Shown in pieces: positions 26,982 to 40,163 of a stretch of DNA of 64,000 nt. The notes beneath the pieces are model-generated. The model did no database searches, was not told where the DNA came from, and worked only from the letters and a program-made list of their open reading frames with translations. How positions within the stretch are numbered: the first letter of the stretch is position 1; each line of letters opens with the position of its first letter. The stretch is from Octopus vulgaris (taxonomy: Eukaryota): positions 21,638,001 to 21,702,000 of the forward strand of contig OX597822.1 in assembly GCA_951406725.2 (NCBI GenBank), read 5' to 3'. The position numbers were made by a program, and so were the translations under genes.

Positions 26982-27217
26982 GTAACTGGTACTTAATTTA
27001 TCGACCCCAAAAGGATGAAAGGCAAAGTCAACCTTGGCGGAATCTGCCGCTATGTTCTGAGTTCAAATTCCGCCAAGGTCGACTTTGCCTTTCATCCTTT
27101 CGAGGTCGATAAATTAAGTACCAGTTACGCACTGGATTCGATGTAATCGACTTAATCCATTTGTCTGTCCTCGTTTGTCCCCTCTATGTTTAGCCCCTTG
27201 TGGGTAGTAAAGAAACA
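26982..27217 (+). mobile_element. Family B SINE with a 5' inverted duplicate segment, flanked by a 22-bp direct repeat
   Basis: Inverted arms at 26982-27043 and 27067-27128. ggtattaatttactaccaagta occurs at 26963-26984 and 27218-27239. Confidence 0.88.
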
Positions 27218-27968
27218 GGTATTAATTTACTACCAAGTATTTATTTTATTGATCCCATAATAGGAGTGAAGGACAAATCCCTGTTTAGGCAACAAGGTAC
27301 ACAACCTGATCTACAGTGTCTTCTGTATTCTTCAGCACACTTCTTCTGTGTCCTCAGCTCACTTCTCTACTGTTTGCTATACATTCTACATTATCTTTTA
27401 TACTCTTATACAGTTACTTATATACACTTCTTCTACTGTCTTCTATACACCTCTACAATGAATGCTATGCACTTCTGTAGCATTTTCTATTCTCTACACT
27501 ATGCCTTCTCTACAGTTCTACAATGTTTTTTAAACACCTCTACAATGGCATCTCTACACTTGTTTGGCTCACCAACTCTTTGGTGCCACCCTTCTAAATA
27601 CAATAATACAAACTCACACACGTCCTTGAGTTCAGCTATTGCCTCTTACTTCTGCTACCATCTAATTACTTTTATAGAACTATTCTGGCCTATGCAATAT
27701 AACTTTGTATTATTTCTTTCATCTGTTACTCAGCTGATCACTGCAATATACTGTTCATGGATCCATTAAGATGTTAGGACAAATGCTTGTATTTATATAT
27801 GAAAAGGCATACCTATTGTAGTTATTGTATATAAAATAACAATATGCTACAATATTTCTTTATTGTATTGTATGCATGCACGCACACACACACATATTCA
27901 CATGTTTTAAAATTTTATTTAACATATATTCTTGTCGTATTCATTCTCTTCATAATCCCTTGCATGTT

Positions 27969-28016
<48 letters not shown>

Positions 28017-28018
28017 TG

Positions 28019-28083
<65 letters not shown>

Positions 28084-28345
28084 ACATACTTGCATAATTT
28101 TCTCTCTTAACACACGAAATACTTCATTGTATTTCAATAAAAGAGCATAAATTGAATGTGTGTGAGGAGATGGGGAAGAAGTGATGTTAGTGTCTATTCC
28201 TGTACTGCTCCATATAATTTAATTTTGGGAAATTTCTTTCATTCACTCACTATTACCAGAATTTATGTATTGATAGAAGTGTGTATGCAGAGTAATATAT
28301 AATTGTTTAGATAGGTACATATGTGAATTTGTGAGAATATACATT

Positions 28346-28570
28346 TAGAGGGTGGCCCATAAGTAGGTTTACAGTTATCACGTAGGCACTTTAAATTTCT
28401 TTTGAAACATTTTATTACATTTAAATTTCTATCTTACAAACTGAAAAGGGAGCTTGACAAAATTAACTAAATAGCTTCATATTCTTTTATAATTAAGATC
28501 TAAACTGTTAACATATGAATGCAAAAGGGATAGTTGAATAACTGTAAACCTACTTTTGAGCCACCCTGTA
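28346..28570. mobile_element. Tc1/mariner-type MITE
   Basis: ~33-bp TIRs tagagggtggcccataagtaggtttacagttat and ataactgtaaacctacttttgagccaccctgta, with TA ends. Confidence 0.88.
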
Positions 28571-29031
28571 TATTTTGTTATTTATAATAATAAATATATA
28601 TGTGAATATATACATGCACACACAAACGCACACACACAAGCATCTAAACAATATAGATGCATCTTTATGGAATTTGCTTGAGACTAAAGGATTCTGGGTT
28701 GTATCCTAAGATATAACATCTTGGCCAAATATCATTTTCCATAGCCTTTAGTCTTGTGAGTGGAATTAGGTAACTGAAAACCATGTAGAAACCTACCGAA
28801 TGGATTGTACCTGTAATTTAAAAGGTGTAACCATGACACATTCTGTGTCACTTTGGTCCTGCTTGAAGATTTCATTAAGGGTACATATATCTATGATATA
28901 CCCTGGGACTTTCACCTTTATTCAGGTGCAGGTAATTTTGTTGATTGTTGATTGATCAACTGAATCCTCATCATCGAACATCAAAAGTTTACAATTATAT
29001 ATGTGTGTGTGTGTGCATACATAAATACACA

Positions 29032-29088
<57 letters not shown>

Positions 29089-29779
29089 ATACATATATGT
29101 AACCTGTATAGTACCTGTATCAACAGAGCTAATTAAGCTGTGTCTCTGTAGATTGAAAAACTCATGAACAACCTTAATCAATTTTTGAATTAATCAATTA
29201 TTGGATTCTCATCAGAAGTGTCTACATCAATTTGACTAATTCCTGAGAAAAAAGCAGCCTATCTGTTTATATACTCAACAATTACTCTAGATACAGAAAA
29301 CGAATTACCAGTTTGCTTACTGTAAGTGTACACTCTCTCATACACACACACACATCTGTTACCTCTTACATCTTTATGGAATTAACTTCATCCTCTACTT
29401 CCTGATTCACAGTCCATATTCACTCTTACACTCACCTTAGTGTACCTTAAAAGTTTGCTCTGACACCTACCTTGTCATCATTATATTAGCTACTCTCACC
29501 CATCCTTATACAATACAGGGTAGTTGAGTGTCTCCTCCATAGCAAGATACCTGTCATTGTCCCGCTATCAAATTACCTGTTGATCTCACTTGTGCAGGTG
29601 AGAAGAAAAATGCTCCCAATACATAATGTCAAGTGATTGGTGTTAAGAAGGGCACCCAGACTTAGAAACCATGCTAAAGCTGATACTGTCCTGTGGCTCC
29701 TCAGATCCTGTCAAACTGTCTAATTCATGCCAATATGGAAATTTGAACCTTAAATGTTGATAATAGTGGTGATAGACAT

Positions 29780-30970
29780 ACATCATCATCATTTAACGTC
29801 CGTTTTCCATGCTAGCATGGGTTGGACGGTTCGACCGGGGTCTGGGAAGCCAGGAGGCTGCACCAGGCACCAGTCGGATCTGACAGTGTTTCTACAGCTG
29901 GATGCCCTTCCTAATGCCAACCACTCTGTGAGTGTAGTGGGTGCCTTTTATGTGCCACCGGCACAGGGGCCAGAGGAGACTGGCAAACAGCCACGATCGG
30001 TTGGTGCTTTTACATGTCACCGACACGGACGCCAGTTAGGCAGCGCTGGCATCTGCCATGTTCGGACGGTGCTTTTCTTTTAATGTGTCACCGGCACAGG
30101 TGTCTTAACTACTATTTCCATTCAATTTTCATTTGATGTTGGTGTTAACGTACTTGACTCTATAGGTCTTCTCAAGAACAGCGGGTCACTCTACGATCCA
30201 AGGTTAGCACAGTAGGCCATCCTGCGAGCCATGAACTCACTTCATTCGTCGGGTCTTCGAAGTCACAGCATATCTCCAGAGGATTCGGTCTTTCGTCATA
30301 GCCTCTGTGAGGTTCAACGTATGAAGGTCATGCTTGACCACTTTGTCCCATGTCTTCCTGGGCCTACCTCTACCCCGGATTCCTTCAACAGTTTGGGAGT
30401 GGCACTTCTTCACACATCTCTCCTCATCCATTCGTAGTACATGACCATACCAATGCAAACATTTCTCCTGCATGCTGCATCCGATGCTTCTTCTGCCCAA
30501 CATTTCTCTCAGGGCGGTTACACTCTGTCATGCATGGACACTGACATTACACATCCAGCGATCATGCTAGCTTCATTTCATTCAAGCCTACGCATGTCCT
30601 CCGCAGTCACAGCCCATGTTTCACTGCCGTGAAGCATGGCAGTTCACACACATATGTCGTACAACCTACCTTTCATTCTGAGCGAGAGACCCTTTGTCAC
30701 CAGTAGAGGGAGAAGCTTCCTAAACTTTGCTCTGGCTATTCTTATTCTAGTGGCAACACTCACTGAGCAACCACCCCCGCTACTAACTTGGTCACCTAGG
30801 TAGCAGAAACTATCAACTACTTCTAGTTTCTCCCGCAGGAGTGTAATGGAATCTGTTTTCTGAGTATCAATGGTGTCTATTGCCCCTGTGCCCCTGTGTC
30901 TATTGCCACACATGAAAGCTATCTTCCCGGTTAATTTTCCTTTGATATTGCTGCACCTCTCATGTGTCTA
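29780..30970 (-). mobile_element. 5'-truncated RTE-clade LINE
   Basis: LEVVDSFCYLG, RIRIARAKFRKL, WYGHVLRM and GRGRPRKTW, plus 3' UTR and (CAT)n tail. Confidence 0.93.
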
Positions 30971-32311
30971 TACATGCACACACATTTATATCTACACACA
31001 CACACACATGCATTTTCCTTTCCTATTCATTTTCTGTATGTCTACTTCATTCTTTCATAATTTGACAAAACTGTTATTTTAGGCATTGTTTTACTGCCAG
31101 ATTTCTTCCTTAACCCTTATTTGTTTTGCAGTAAGTGATCTCTTATTCCTTATGGCTTCAAAAAGGCAAATTACTGTTTGATTTGATGATAGGAGAAACG
31201 ATATCACCTACTGCACTTTTACGCATTTGATCACAGATGTAAAGAACCACATTCATGCACACATATAGCTATGCACTATACACACACATGCATGCACACG
31301 TGCACACACACATACACACACATGTAGATATGTATATATACATACATATAGATATATATCTGACAGTTATCTTTTAGTTTCCACCTACCAAATCCACTCA
31401 TAAGGCTTTGATTGGCCTTGAGGCTAGAGTGTAAGAAACTTGCTCAAGGTTCTACACATTGGGTCTCAGCACAAAACCATATGGTTGAGAAGTGAACTTC
31501 TTCACCACACTGCCCTGAAATATATTTCATCTTTAGCAATAACTTATACTTTGACCAACTGACATTTAGGCAATCTACATTAATATATGGAACCTGATAG
31601 ACTGAAAGCAAGGTCAAAATAAATCTTGAACTTTTTAATGTTCAAAATTTACCTTCATTTAGCTAGCATTCAATTCCTTATAAAGTAAAAATATTTATAA
31701 TTTTGGAAGAGTAAGCATATTAGAGGAAAATTTTCACAATATACAGCTTTCTGACCTCATAATTGTAAATACATGTTGAATTAGAGTAAATAGTTTTGAG
31801 AACTGTACAAGTAATTAGTATCTATTTTCTCTATAAATGAACTGCATATTGATGCTATCAATATTTTAACAGATTTAAACACCTAAAACTGAAAATGTTC
31901 TCATTGTTAGAACTTCAACTCAACTGACCCAGTATTAATAAACATATGCTGGCACAGCTATAAAACATCTGCAATTTCTCAAACTGTCACATTTCGTGTT
32001 AGAAATGAAATTGAATCTGAAGGAATAAATGAAATATTTAAGAACATAGATATAATTTCTGCGTATTAGATATGCAGAAATTGAAATAGTTCAGTTAAGA
32101 AAGGACACTGTCCCAAAGCATATCTGTGAAATAAGCTAAAGAAAATTAAGTTAGCTATGAGCTTCATTCAAAAGATAATTCCTCAAGTAGAGTTAGTTGT
32201 CTTTCATAGCAATTTAAAGAAGAACAAGGGAATGATGCTTTCGTGATAAAACATTATAATTGCTAAACTATATAAGTTGAGAATTAAATGTGTCAGAAAA
32301 ATATCCACTCA

Positions 32312-33139
32312 TATGAGGTGATATCAAAAAGTTCCAAGACTAGTTGTGTTTAATAACTTATTTATCTAATTTTTAACATCATCTCCTTCAAAATAGTCAC
32401 TTTGCACAGTAATTCATCAGTCCCAGTGTTCCTGCCACTTTTGAAATCCAGCCTAGAAGTCGTTTTCTTTAAGTGAGTTGAGGACCATCTGTGGTTCACT
32501 TTTGATCTCATCAATGGTGTTAAAACGGCAACCTTTGAGCTACATTTTCATCTTGGGTAAGAGATGAAAATCTGCCAGTGCTGAATCTGGTGAATAGAGT
32601 GAATGTGAAAGTGATACCATATTGTTTTGGCAAAGAAACTCACGAGTGAGGAGAGCTCAGTGACAGAGAGCATTGTCGATGTGAAGAATCCATTTCTTCA
32701 CACTCCACAGATCTGGTTACCTTCACTGAATGTTATCCCTGAAATGCTTCAAAACATTGCAATAGAACTCTCGATTGACAATGTGCATGCCCTTGATTAA
32801 GCTGTGGCTCGAAACATTGTGTACAACCCAATGCCTCATCACTATAAGCTTTCTGAAGAATGCTCAATGTCTCTGTAGCAGACTTCCTGAGTTTAATGAA
32901 AAATTTCACATTGGTTCTTTGTTTCATCTTCCTGTCCATGAGAAAAATCACAGACTACAGCAGCATACATGTAATCATAAACACACAAATTTCATAACTT
33001 GCAAAGTAAACACAGTAATGTCGCTTGGCACACTGCCTTATGAAGGTCACTGCTGGCTCTTACTGCACATGCAGCTATGTGCTGCCATCTGTTGGCATGC
33101 TACAGAACTAGATCGGGAATTTTTCAATGCCACCTCACT
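32312..33139 (-). mobile_element. Internally deleted mariner transposon
   Basis: N-terminus MDRKMKQRTNVKFFIKLRKSATET...AYSDEALG and C-terminus FQKWQEHW...DYFEGD. TIRs tatgaggtgatatcaaaaagttcc and gggaatttttcaatgccacctcac. Confidence 0.88.
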
Positions 33140-35019
33140 CATAGATAACATAGTTGTGATGATTATTTTCAAAGAATATATTAAAAGAACTTTTCCTTGA
33201 GAGTACAGTTATGGAACTCTATCTAGGCTAGAGAGAGAGAGATAGAGTGCTTCTATTTTCTGATCCAATAGGTGATTTTAAGATTTTTATGTATAGAGTG
33301 ACTTTGAGATGAGATGTCGATTATCCTCTGAATAGAACGTTAAAGAGAAATGAAGATCAGTTATATTTATATGAGTTTGTGTTAGAATAATGTGAATGGT
33401 TATGTGCCAAAAAATCTGAATTAAGTCTTGAAGAAAATAAATCAATAGAATATGAGGAAGAGATCCCCATTGAAAGATGCTACAATGGAAAGTTCCATTC
33501 CAAGAGAAGGTCTTTTGGTAAAAGGCTTTCTTTGACCATTTCTTGTAAGAGGACCACCTAGTGAAGTTCTCTTCTCTCTCTAAAGTTTTCAAGAATGACA
33601 GATTACTGGTGCAGGACACTTGAAAAGTAAGTATGGTACTATAAACCCAACTATAGAAATGTCTCTGAGGAGAGAGATACTCAAGCTGATAAATGATGTG
33701 ATCGTTAATGATTGTTGACTGACTCAATCACTTTTTTTCCATGAAGGAAATGAAATCAATCGAATGGTGTTACGGTTATTACCAATTTTGGGATAGGAAC
33801 ATCACATATCTCCATAGAATGGGATAGGCTCCTGCACAGAGAAAAAGATAACAGAACTTGCAGAAAATAAAACTGAACCAGGAGCACACTAAGTTGAGAA
33901 ACTAACAACAGAAACCACCTCCATAGAGAGGTGGTTTTTGATGTTAAAGTTATATTTTTCACTATGCTTTTTCATATATTCTTTTCAAAGAGTACAATCT
34001 TCTGTCGCAATTTGTTCATTTTCTTACTAAGCAAGTAAATGAATTATATTTCACATATATTTATTTTTACAAATGCTAAGGAGGTTTACTGGAGCAGCCT
34101 TCCTTGCAATTATATAAATGTAGATATACAATACTTTACATGACAGCTACAGGATGTGTATATAATGTATTTAATATGGTAATGGTATAATATGAGCAAA
34201 ATATAGTAGGTATGACATGTGTATAGTACGCTTTATATAGAAGTTAATATGTATCAACATAATAGACCATACAGTAGTAAAAATGTCTGAATATCAATAG
34301 TAATAACATGCGTATTGCAGATTCTTTAGTAGATATATTTCTGCATTTGATAGTTTATTAAGTAGTAGAGGCATATGCAGGTGTGTGTGTGTGTGTGCAT
34401 GCGTGTAATCTGTTTAGATATAGTTAGACCAAATAACAATCAATTGCAGACAGATTGAATCATAAAACTCTCTCCTACCCTCATCTGTTTCCAAAACTCT
34501 AACAGGAACCAATTGTGACTCCCCAGCGAACACTCTTCTGATAGAGTAGATGTGTGTGTATGAGTGTATGAGTACATGTGTGTGCATCATAAATATATAT
34601 ATATGTGTGTGTGTGATTATGAAAATATGTATATACACTAGTATATCATCTCTAAGCATAGGCTCTACATATTTACACAACACACACATAGATACGTATA
34701 TTTGTATTTGTGTGTTCTGTTGTAATATATTTAAATGTTTAGTCATGTCCACACATGCACCCACTCTCTCTTGCTTCTCTTTTTACCTCATTACTTCTCT
34801 CTATGTTTCTCTATCCACTTGCTTTCTTTATTTAATATAATCTTTCATAATTTATTTAACTCCAAGAAATGTTTTCATTTTGAAATTCAATTCCCGTAAT
34901 CAGTTTTAAAATATATTTAGTTTCATATTTCTTTATATAATGTTTGCTGTTTAATCCCTGCTTACACATGCATATACCCATATATACACATCAGTGTACA
35001 TACATACATCATACATTTA

Positions 35020-35055
<36 letters not shown>

Positions 35056-35549
35056 TGTATGTACGTATGTACATACGTACACATGATTTAGCCTGAAAGA
35101 TTATAATGATTATAGACAATCGTAATGATGTATCTAATGTTCACTACTGTGACAATAATGATGATATACCATATAAAAGTGGATAATTGTGTGAGGGATG
35201 TGTGTGTGTGTGTTTAAGTGCATACGAGTGTGTTCAGAATATGAAAAGGAGAATAGAGGATAGAGAAAGTGAAATGTAAGTGGCAGCTGAAGAACAAGAA
35301 GGATAAATGTAATTAAAAGGAGAGTCCAGTATTAATGGAACATATAAGTATTATGATGTGGAAGAGAGAGGGTGATATAAGTCCTGCACAGAGGGAGAGA
35401 GAAGAAGGCAATATCATATAACCAAATGGTAAGAACAGCTGATAACTTTGTATGACCAGCACACAAAAGAAAGTACAATGTTTGTCTACTATTTGTGTTT
35501 TTATGGTATGTCAGGGTGGCAATTTTAGTTTGATGTTGGTTATATCTTT

Positions 35550-35756
35550 CATCATTTACTTGTTTCAGTTATGAGACTGTGGCCATGTTGGGGCACCACC
35601 TTGAATTTTTAGTTGCATGAATTGAGCCCAGTGCATATTTTTTAAGCCTGGTACTTATCCTGTCCATCCCTTTTGCTAAACCACTAAGTTATAGGGACAC
35701 AAACACACAAACACTGGTTTTCAAGTGGTGGTGGGGTGAGGAGACAAACACACAAA

Positions 35757-35791
<35 letters not shown>

Positions 35792-35957
35792 TTATATACA
35801 TATGATGGGCTTCTTTCAGTTTCCAGCTACCAAATCCACTCATAAGAATTTGGTTAGCTGGAGGCTACTAGTAAAAGACACTCTTCCAAGGTGCCATACA
35901 GTGGGACTGAACCAAGAACCATGTGGTTGAGAAGCAAGTTTCTTACCACACAGCCAA
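35550..35957 (-). mobile_element. tRNA-derived SINE, family A
   Basis: Reverse-complement match to 1226-1660. Confidence 0.85.
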
Positions 35958-36004
35958 GTATTGCAACACTTCCATACTATGGAGAATGTCTGTATTGTTG
36001 TCTA

Positions 36005-36400
36005 TCTTTCTTTTGTTTCAGTGATTAGATTGTGGCCATGCAGAGGCACCCCCTTGATGGGTTTAGTTGAACAAATTGATCCCAACTATTTTTGTTCTAA
36101 GCCTCATACTATTCTATTGGTCTCCTTTTACTAGACCACTAAATTATGGGAATGTAAACAAACCAACACTGCTTATTGAGTAGTGGTAGGAGAAGCTGTG
36201 GTAAGGGACAAGCACAAAGATACACACACATCTATATGATGGGATTCTTTCAGCTTCTGTTAACCTAATCTACTCATAAGGCTTTGGTTGGCCTGAGGCA
36301 ATAGTGGATGACATTTACTCAAGGAACCATGCAGTGGGACTGAACCCAGAGCTATGTGGTTGATAAGCAAATTTCTTACCCCAAAGCCATGCCTCCACCT
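36005..36400 (-). mobile_element. tRNA-derived SINE, family A (older copy)
   Basis: More diverged reverse-complement match to family A. Confidence 0.8.
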
Positions 36401-36634
36401 TTATAGAAAAGTATTGGAAATGATGGAGTAGACAATTGTTGTCTGTTATTGATAGGTCCATTTAATAATTTTATGCCAAATTTGTATTGCTTTGTGCAAA
36501 ACAAATATTATGAAAATAACCTTAGAAAACAAGTAAACCAGGAGCCCTTTACAAGTTTCAGGATATGATCACTATACATATCTATTGCACTACACTCTCA
36601 TAAATCATATATACATGCATACATGTGACTGTGT

Positions 36635-37027
36635 AGGTGAAGGAGTAGCTTGCTTACCAACCACATGGTTCCGGGTTCATTCCCACTGCATGGAACCTTG
36701 GGCAAGTGTCTTCTACTATAGCCTCGGGCCGACCAAAGCCTTGTGAGTGGATTTGGTAGTCGGAAACTGAAAGAAGCCCATCGTATATATGTATATATAT
36801 ATGTACATGTATGTGTGTGTATATGTTTGTGTGTCTGTGTTTGTCCCACTAACATCGCTTGACAACCAATGCTGGTGTGTTTACATCCCTGTAACTTAGC
36901 AGTTCAGCAAAAGAGATGATAGAATAAGTACTAGGCTTACAAAGAATAAAACCTGGGCATGATTTGCTCCACTAAAGGCAGTGCTCCAGCATAGCCACAG
37001 TCAAATGACTGAAACAAGTAAAAGAGT
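36635..37027 (+). mobile_element. tRNA-derived SINE, family A
   Basis: Colinear match to 49391-49810. Confidence 0.9.
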
Positions 37028-37886
37028 AGATGTATAAATATGCATAAATGCATTCATGCATGCACACAGAATACATTTATACACACATACATGCACTTTT
37101 ATATATATGTATATATATATATTTTTTTTTTTTGAGTCACATACCAGTATTTGAAGATAGCTATTAGTTACTTACAGCTTCATGTGTTTGAGCTTTTGAA
37201 AAAATTTATTTTCAAATTTCTGAATGTTTTTAACAACCTACATGCACACATTCATGCACACACAGTCCTAACACACATGCATGCATATTGCACATCACCC
37301 TCTCTAAACATAAATATACAATCAACACCCATAAATCAACAATAAATTTTAATGTCAAATCATTTTCCATGTAGACCCCCCCCCCCAAACAAATATACAT
37401 ACATACATAGCAACAAAGCTACACAGGAAAACCAAGACTTCCTTTGCATGGTTTGGAAATACAGTAATATTTATCTGTTGATAGCTGCATCCAAAGTTCA
37501 AAATGTTACTGACATTGGAATAACGTTCATATCCCTGGGTCAGTTCAGCTGCTACACAAATATATGAGAAGTATCTAAAAAGAGATTTACTAACATTGTA
37601 TAACAATTCCTTATCAGATCAATTGTTTATTATCTATAAATACTATAGTGGTTTCTGCTACACTGTAGTAAATAACAAACTGTGTACTATTTATGTCAAA
37701 GTCCTTCATTTGCTTCTCTTGTACTATATCTCAATCATCCAAAATCCTGACAACACAGTCCTCCCTCTCTCTCCCCTCTATTCCATCTCAATACCCCATC
37801 TCTCTCTCTCTCTTTCTTCATCTTTCCAGCTCCATGTCCATTTTTAATTCATCCCCAAATCTATTCCACTTTAAGCTCAATATCAA

Positions 37887-38080
37887 CTTTTCTACTCTAG
37901 GTACAAGGCCCAAAATTTTGGTGAAGGGTCCAGTTGATTAGATCAGTACTTAATTTATCGACCCTGAAAGGATGAAAAGCAAAGTTGACCTTGGCGGAAT
38001 TTGAACTCAGAACGTAAAGACAGACAAAATACCACTATGCATTTCGCCCTGTGGGCTAGCATTTCTGCCAGCTTGCCACC
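37887..38080 (-). mobile_element. Family B SINE with 16-bp target-site duplication
   Basis: ttaagctcaatatcaa at 37871-37886 and 38081-38096. Minus-strand B box gagttcaaattcc. Confidence 0.9.
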
Positions 38081-38639
38081 TTAAGCTCAATATCAATTGC
38101 ATCAACATTAGCATTCATGAGTTAATGGGAGTGCTTATTTGCAATCATTTCATTTACTAGAAATAGCAGCCAAATATGCCATAGTATAAAATAAAATTAA
38201 ATGGTTATGGCTGGAACATAGTTCAGTTCAATCAACACAACTCTGAAGTGAACCAATAACATAAACAAACATATCTCTCTAAAAATGCCTTTGAATGTTA
38301 CAGACTCTGCCCATCTCTTCTAAACAAAAAGTAATAAATTGGATAATATCACACACACTCGTGCGCATGCACACACACACACACACCTTAATAATATTTT
38401 GACATTCCATCATGACTAAACATATTGTTTCACTCTAAGTATTCAGTTCTCAGCATTTGTTTTAATACTTGCTTCGTTTTGCCACTTACGTTTCTTTGTT
38501 TTCAATATTATTATTTCTTTATTAAGAGATTCCTTCTTTCCTACACTTCTTACCAATAATGTTTCTACAGACAAGAAGCTGTGATAGTTTTATAAGGAGA
38601 AAGCTTCCTCCATCTAACTCTATACTACCCACTTAAGGT

Positions 38640-39830
38640 AAACATTCTCCAAAGCTGTCCTATTTCACTTGACCAAGCTCGGAAAGATAGATGCCAACTA
38701 CAAAAGTAGCTCCTGTAACATCAAACCAGAAGGGCCATCAGCCCTGATTATGTCCCACCATCCAATTACCTTTAAAAAATTATAACACAGAGCTGGCCCT
38801 TTTCCTCACCAAACTCTTTGATTTCTGCCTCTCTTTAGGGATATATTCTGGTCCTCAAAAATACTACAGTGTATCCATTCCCAATAAGGAGCAACCCCTT
38901 TGACTCTGAGTAATATCAAAGATAATGGAGAGAGAGCCATTAACAAGAAACTTGTCCATTGCCTTCAACTTTTCACCATTCTTAATGACCAACAATATGG
39001 ATTTTTATCAAGTCAGATCTGTTGAAAACCTATTCTCCTATGCCACTAGGCCCTTGCCTTAGTGAATTGTAGTGAGACGATTACTGTTACCTTTCACATC
39101 ATTTAAGTTTTCATCTACATCTTGCATGCAAATGTCCTTTCAGAACTACTCACATACAGATTTTATCCATCTCTTGTCTCTTTCACTTGTAACTTCTTGT
39201 TATGTTACACCACTGCAGCATGTACAGATAGAAGTTTTCTCTGACCCAGGCTCTGTCATTTCTGTTATGACCATGGTTTAGTTTTATTCCCTGTATTCTT
39301 TCTACCACATATTATCGACCTATTTGTTAGCATCTTGAACAAAGCTCACTATCATGCAGATGGCTCTATTATTCATTCCCCCCAAACTATATGTATCGTG
39401 CATCATTTGACATGCAACCAAGACATCTCACACCAGAGCATTCACTGATCTCATAAACAAAGACCTTTGTGAAAGGTTGCAATGGAGTCATGCCAATCTA
39501 TTTTATTTTTGTCAACGGAACAAAAACACACTCAAAAAGCATATCATGGAAACACTATCCTATCCATAACATAAAAATCATGCAACTAGAATCCTGAAGG
39601 TTGCAACAAATGCAAGTATCACCATACCTGAGGATCTCTCCAGACAAGCACACATCTTCAACAAATAAAAATTGCATCATAAGCTCTGGCCTTCATCTTC
39701 AAAGCCAGAAAATACTTCATCTTTCAACATTATTCACAATCTACATAGCCCCAGTGAGACACAATTGTGTAGTGCTCACATGTGTGGAACAATACTGCTG
39801 TTTTGTGCATATACAGACATCCTTGACTGA
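38640..39830 (+). mobile_element. Highly decayed CR1/Jockey-group LINE RT remnant
   Basis: Residual motifs in the expected order across frames: KAISPDYVP, LNDQQYGF, PGSVIS, HADG (YADD-like), LFTIYIAPVR...HVW. Confidence 0.6.
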
Positions 39831-39908
39831 TTATAAAGAAATCTCAATTTAGTAATTGAAATGAAATTACTCATTTTCACAAACTAATCTCTGTATACAG
39901 TTCTATAT

Positions 39909-40163
39909 GGGCATATGGCATAGTGGTTAAGAGCGCAAGCTTCTAACCCCAAGATTCCGAGTTCAATTCCAGGCAGTGACCTGAATAATAATGATAATAA
40001 CAACAACAACATCGAAAAGATACCTTAGGAATGAGAACCCAGGTTGGAAATGTCCCCAAGACACCTTATGAAGGCTGGAGGGTGTATCAGCTGAAACGTT
40101 GTGTTAACAATGAACAAGATGAGGACAAAATCCGTCAAAATGTAAATAATGTAAATAATGTAA
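39909..40163 (+). mobile_element. tRNA-headed SINE-like element carrying a hammerhead-like motif and a (TGTAAATAA)n tail
   Basis: A box tggcatagtgg (~39916), B box gagttcaattcc (~39959), an (AAT/AAC)n linker, a hammerhead-like motif at 40061-40104 and a tandem tail at 40141-40163. Confidence 0.8.
40061..40104 (+). ncRNA. Degenerate minimal type-I hammerhead ribozyme-like motif
   Basis: acac-CTTATGA-a-ggctg[loop]cagct-GAAAC-GTT-gtgt. Stem I acac/gtgt, stem II ggctg/cagct, palindromic AACGTT stem III. One core change (CUGAUGA to CUUAUGA). Confidence 0.6.

Noticed and set aside
27200-27769. 189-aa ORF
   Set aside because: Made from a SINE end plus degenerate ttctctac low-complexity sequence.
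33287-33727. 146-aa minus-strand ORF
   Set aside because: No recognisable motif or splice context.
39909-39982. Functional tRNA gene
   Set aside because: Stems are imperfect and it continues into a repeat body and tail, so it is a SINE head.
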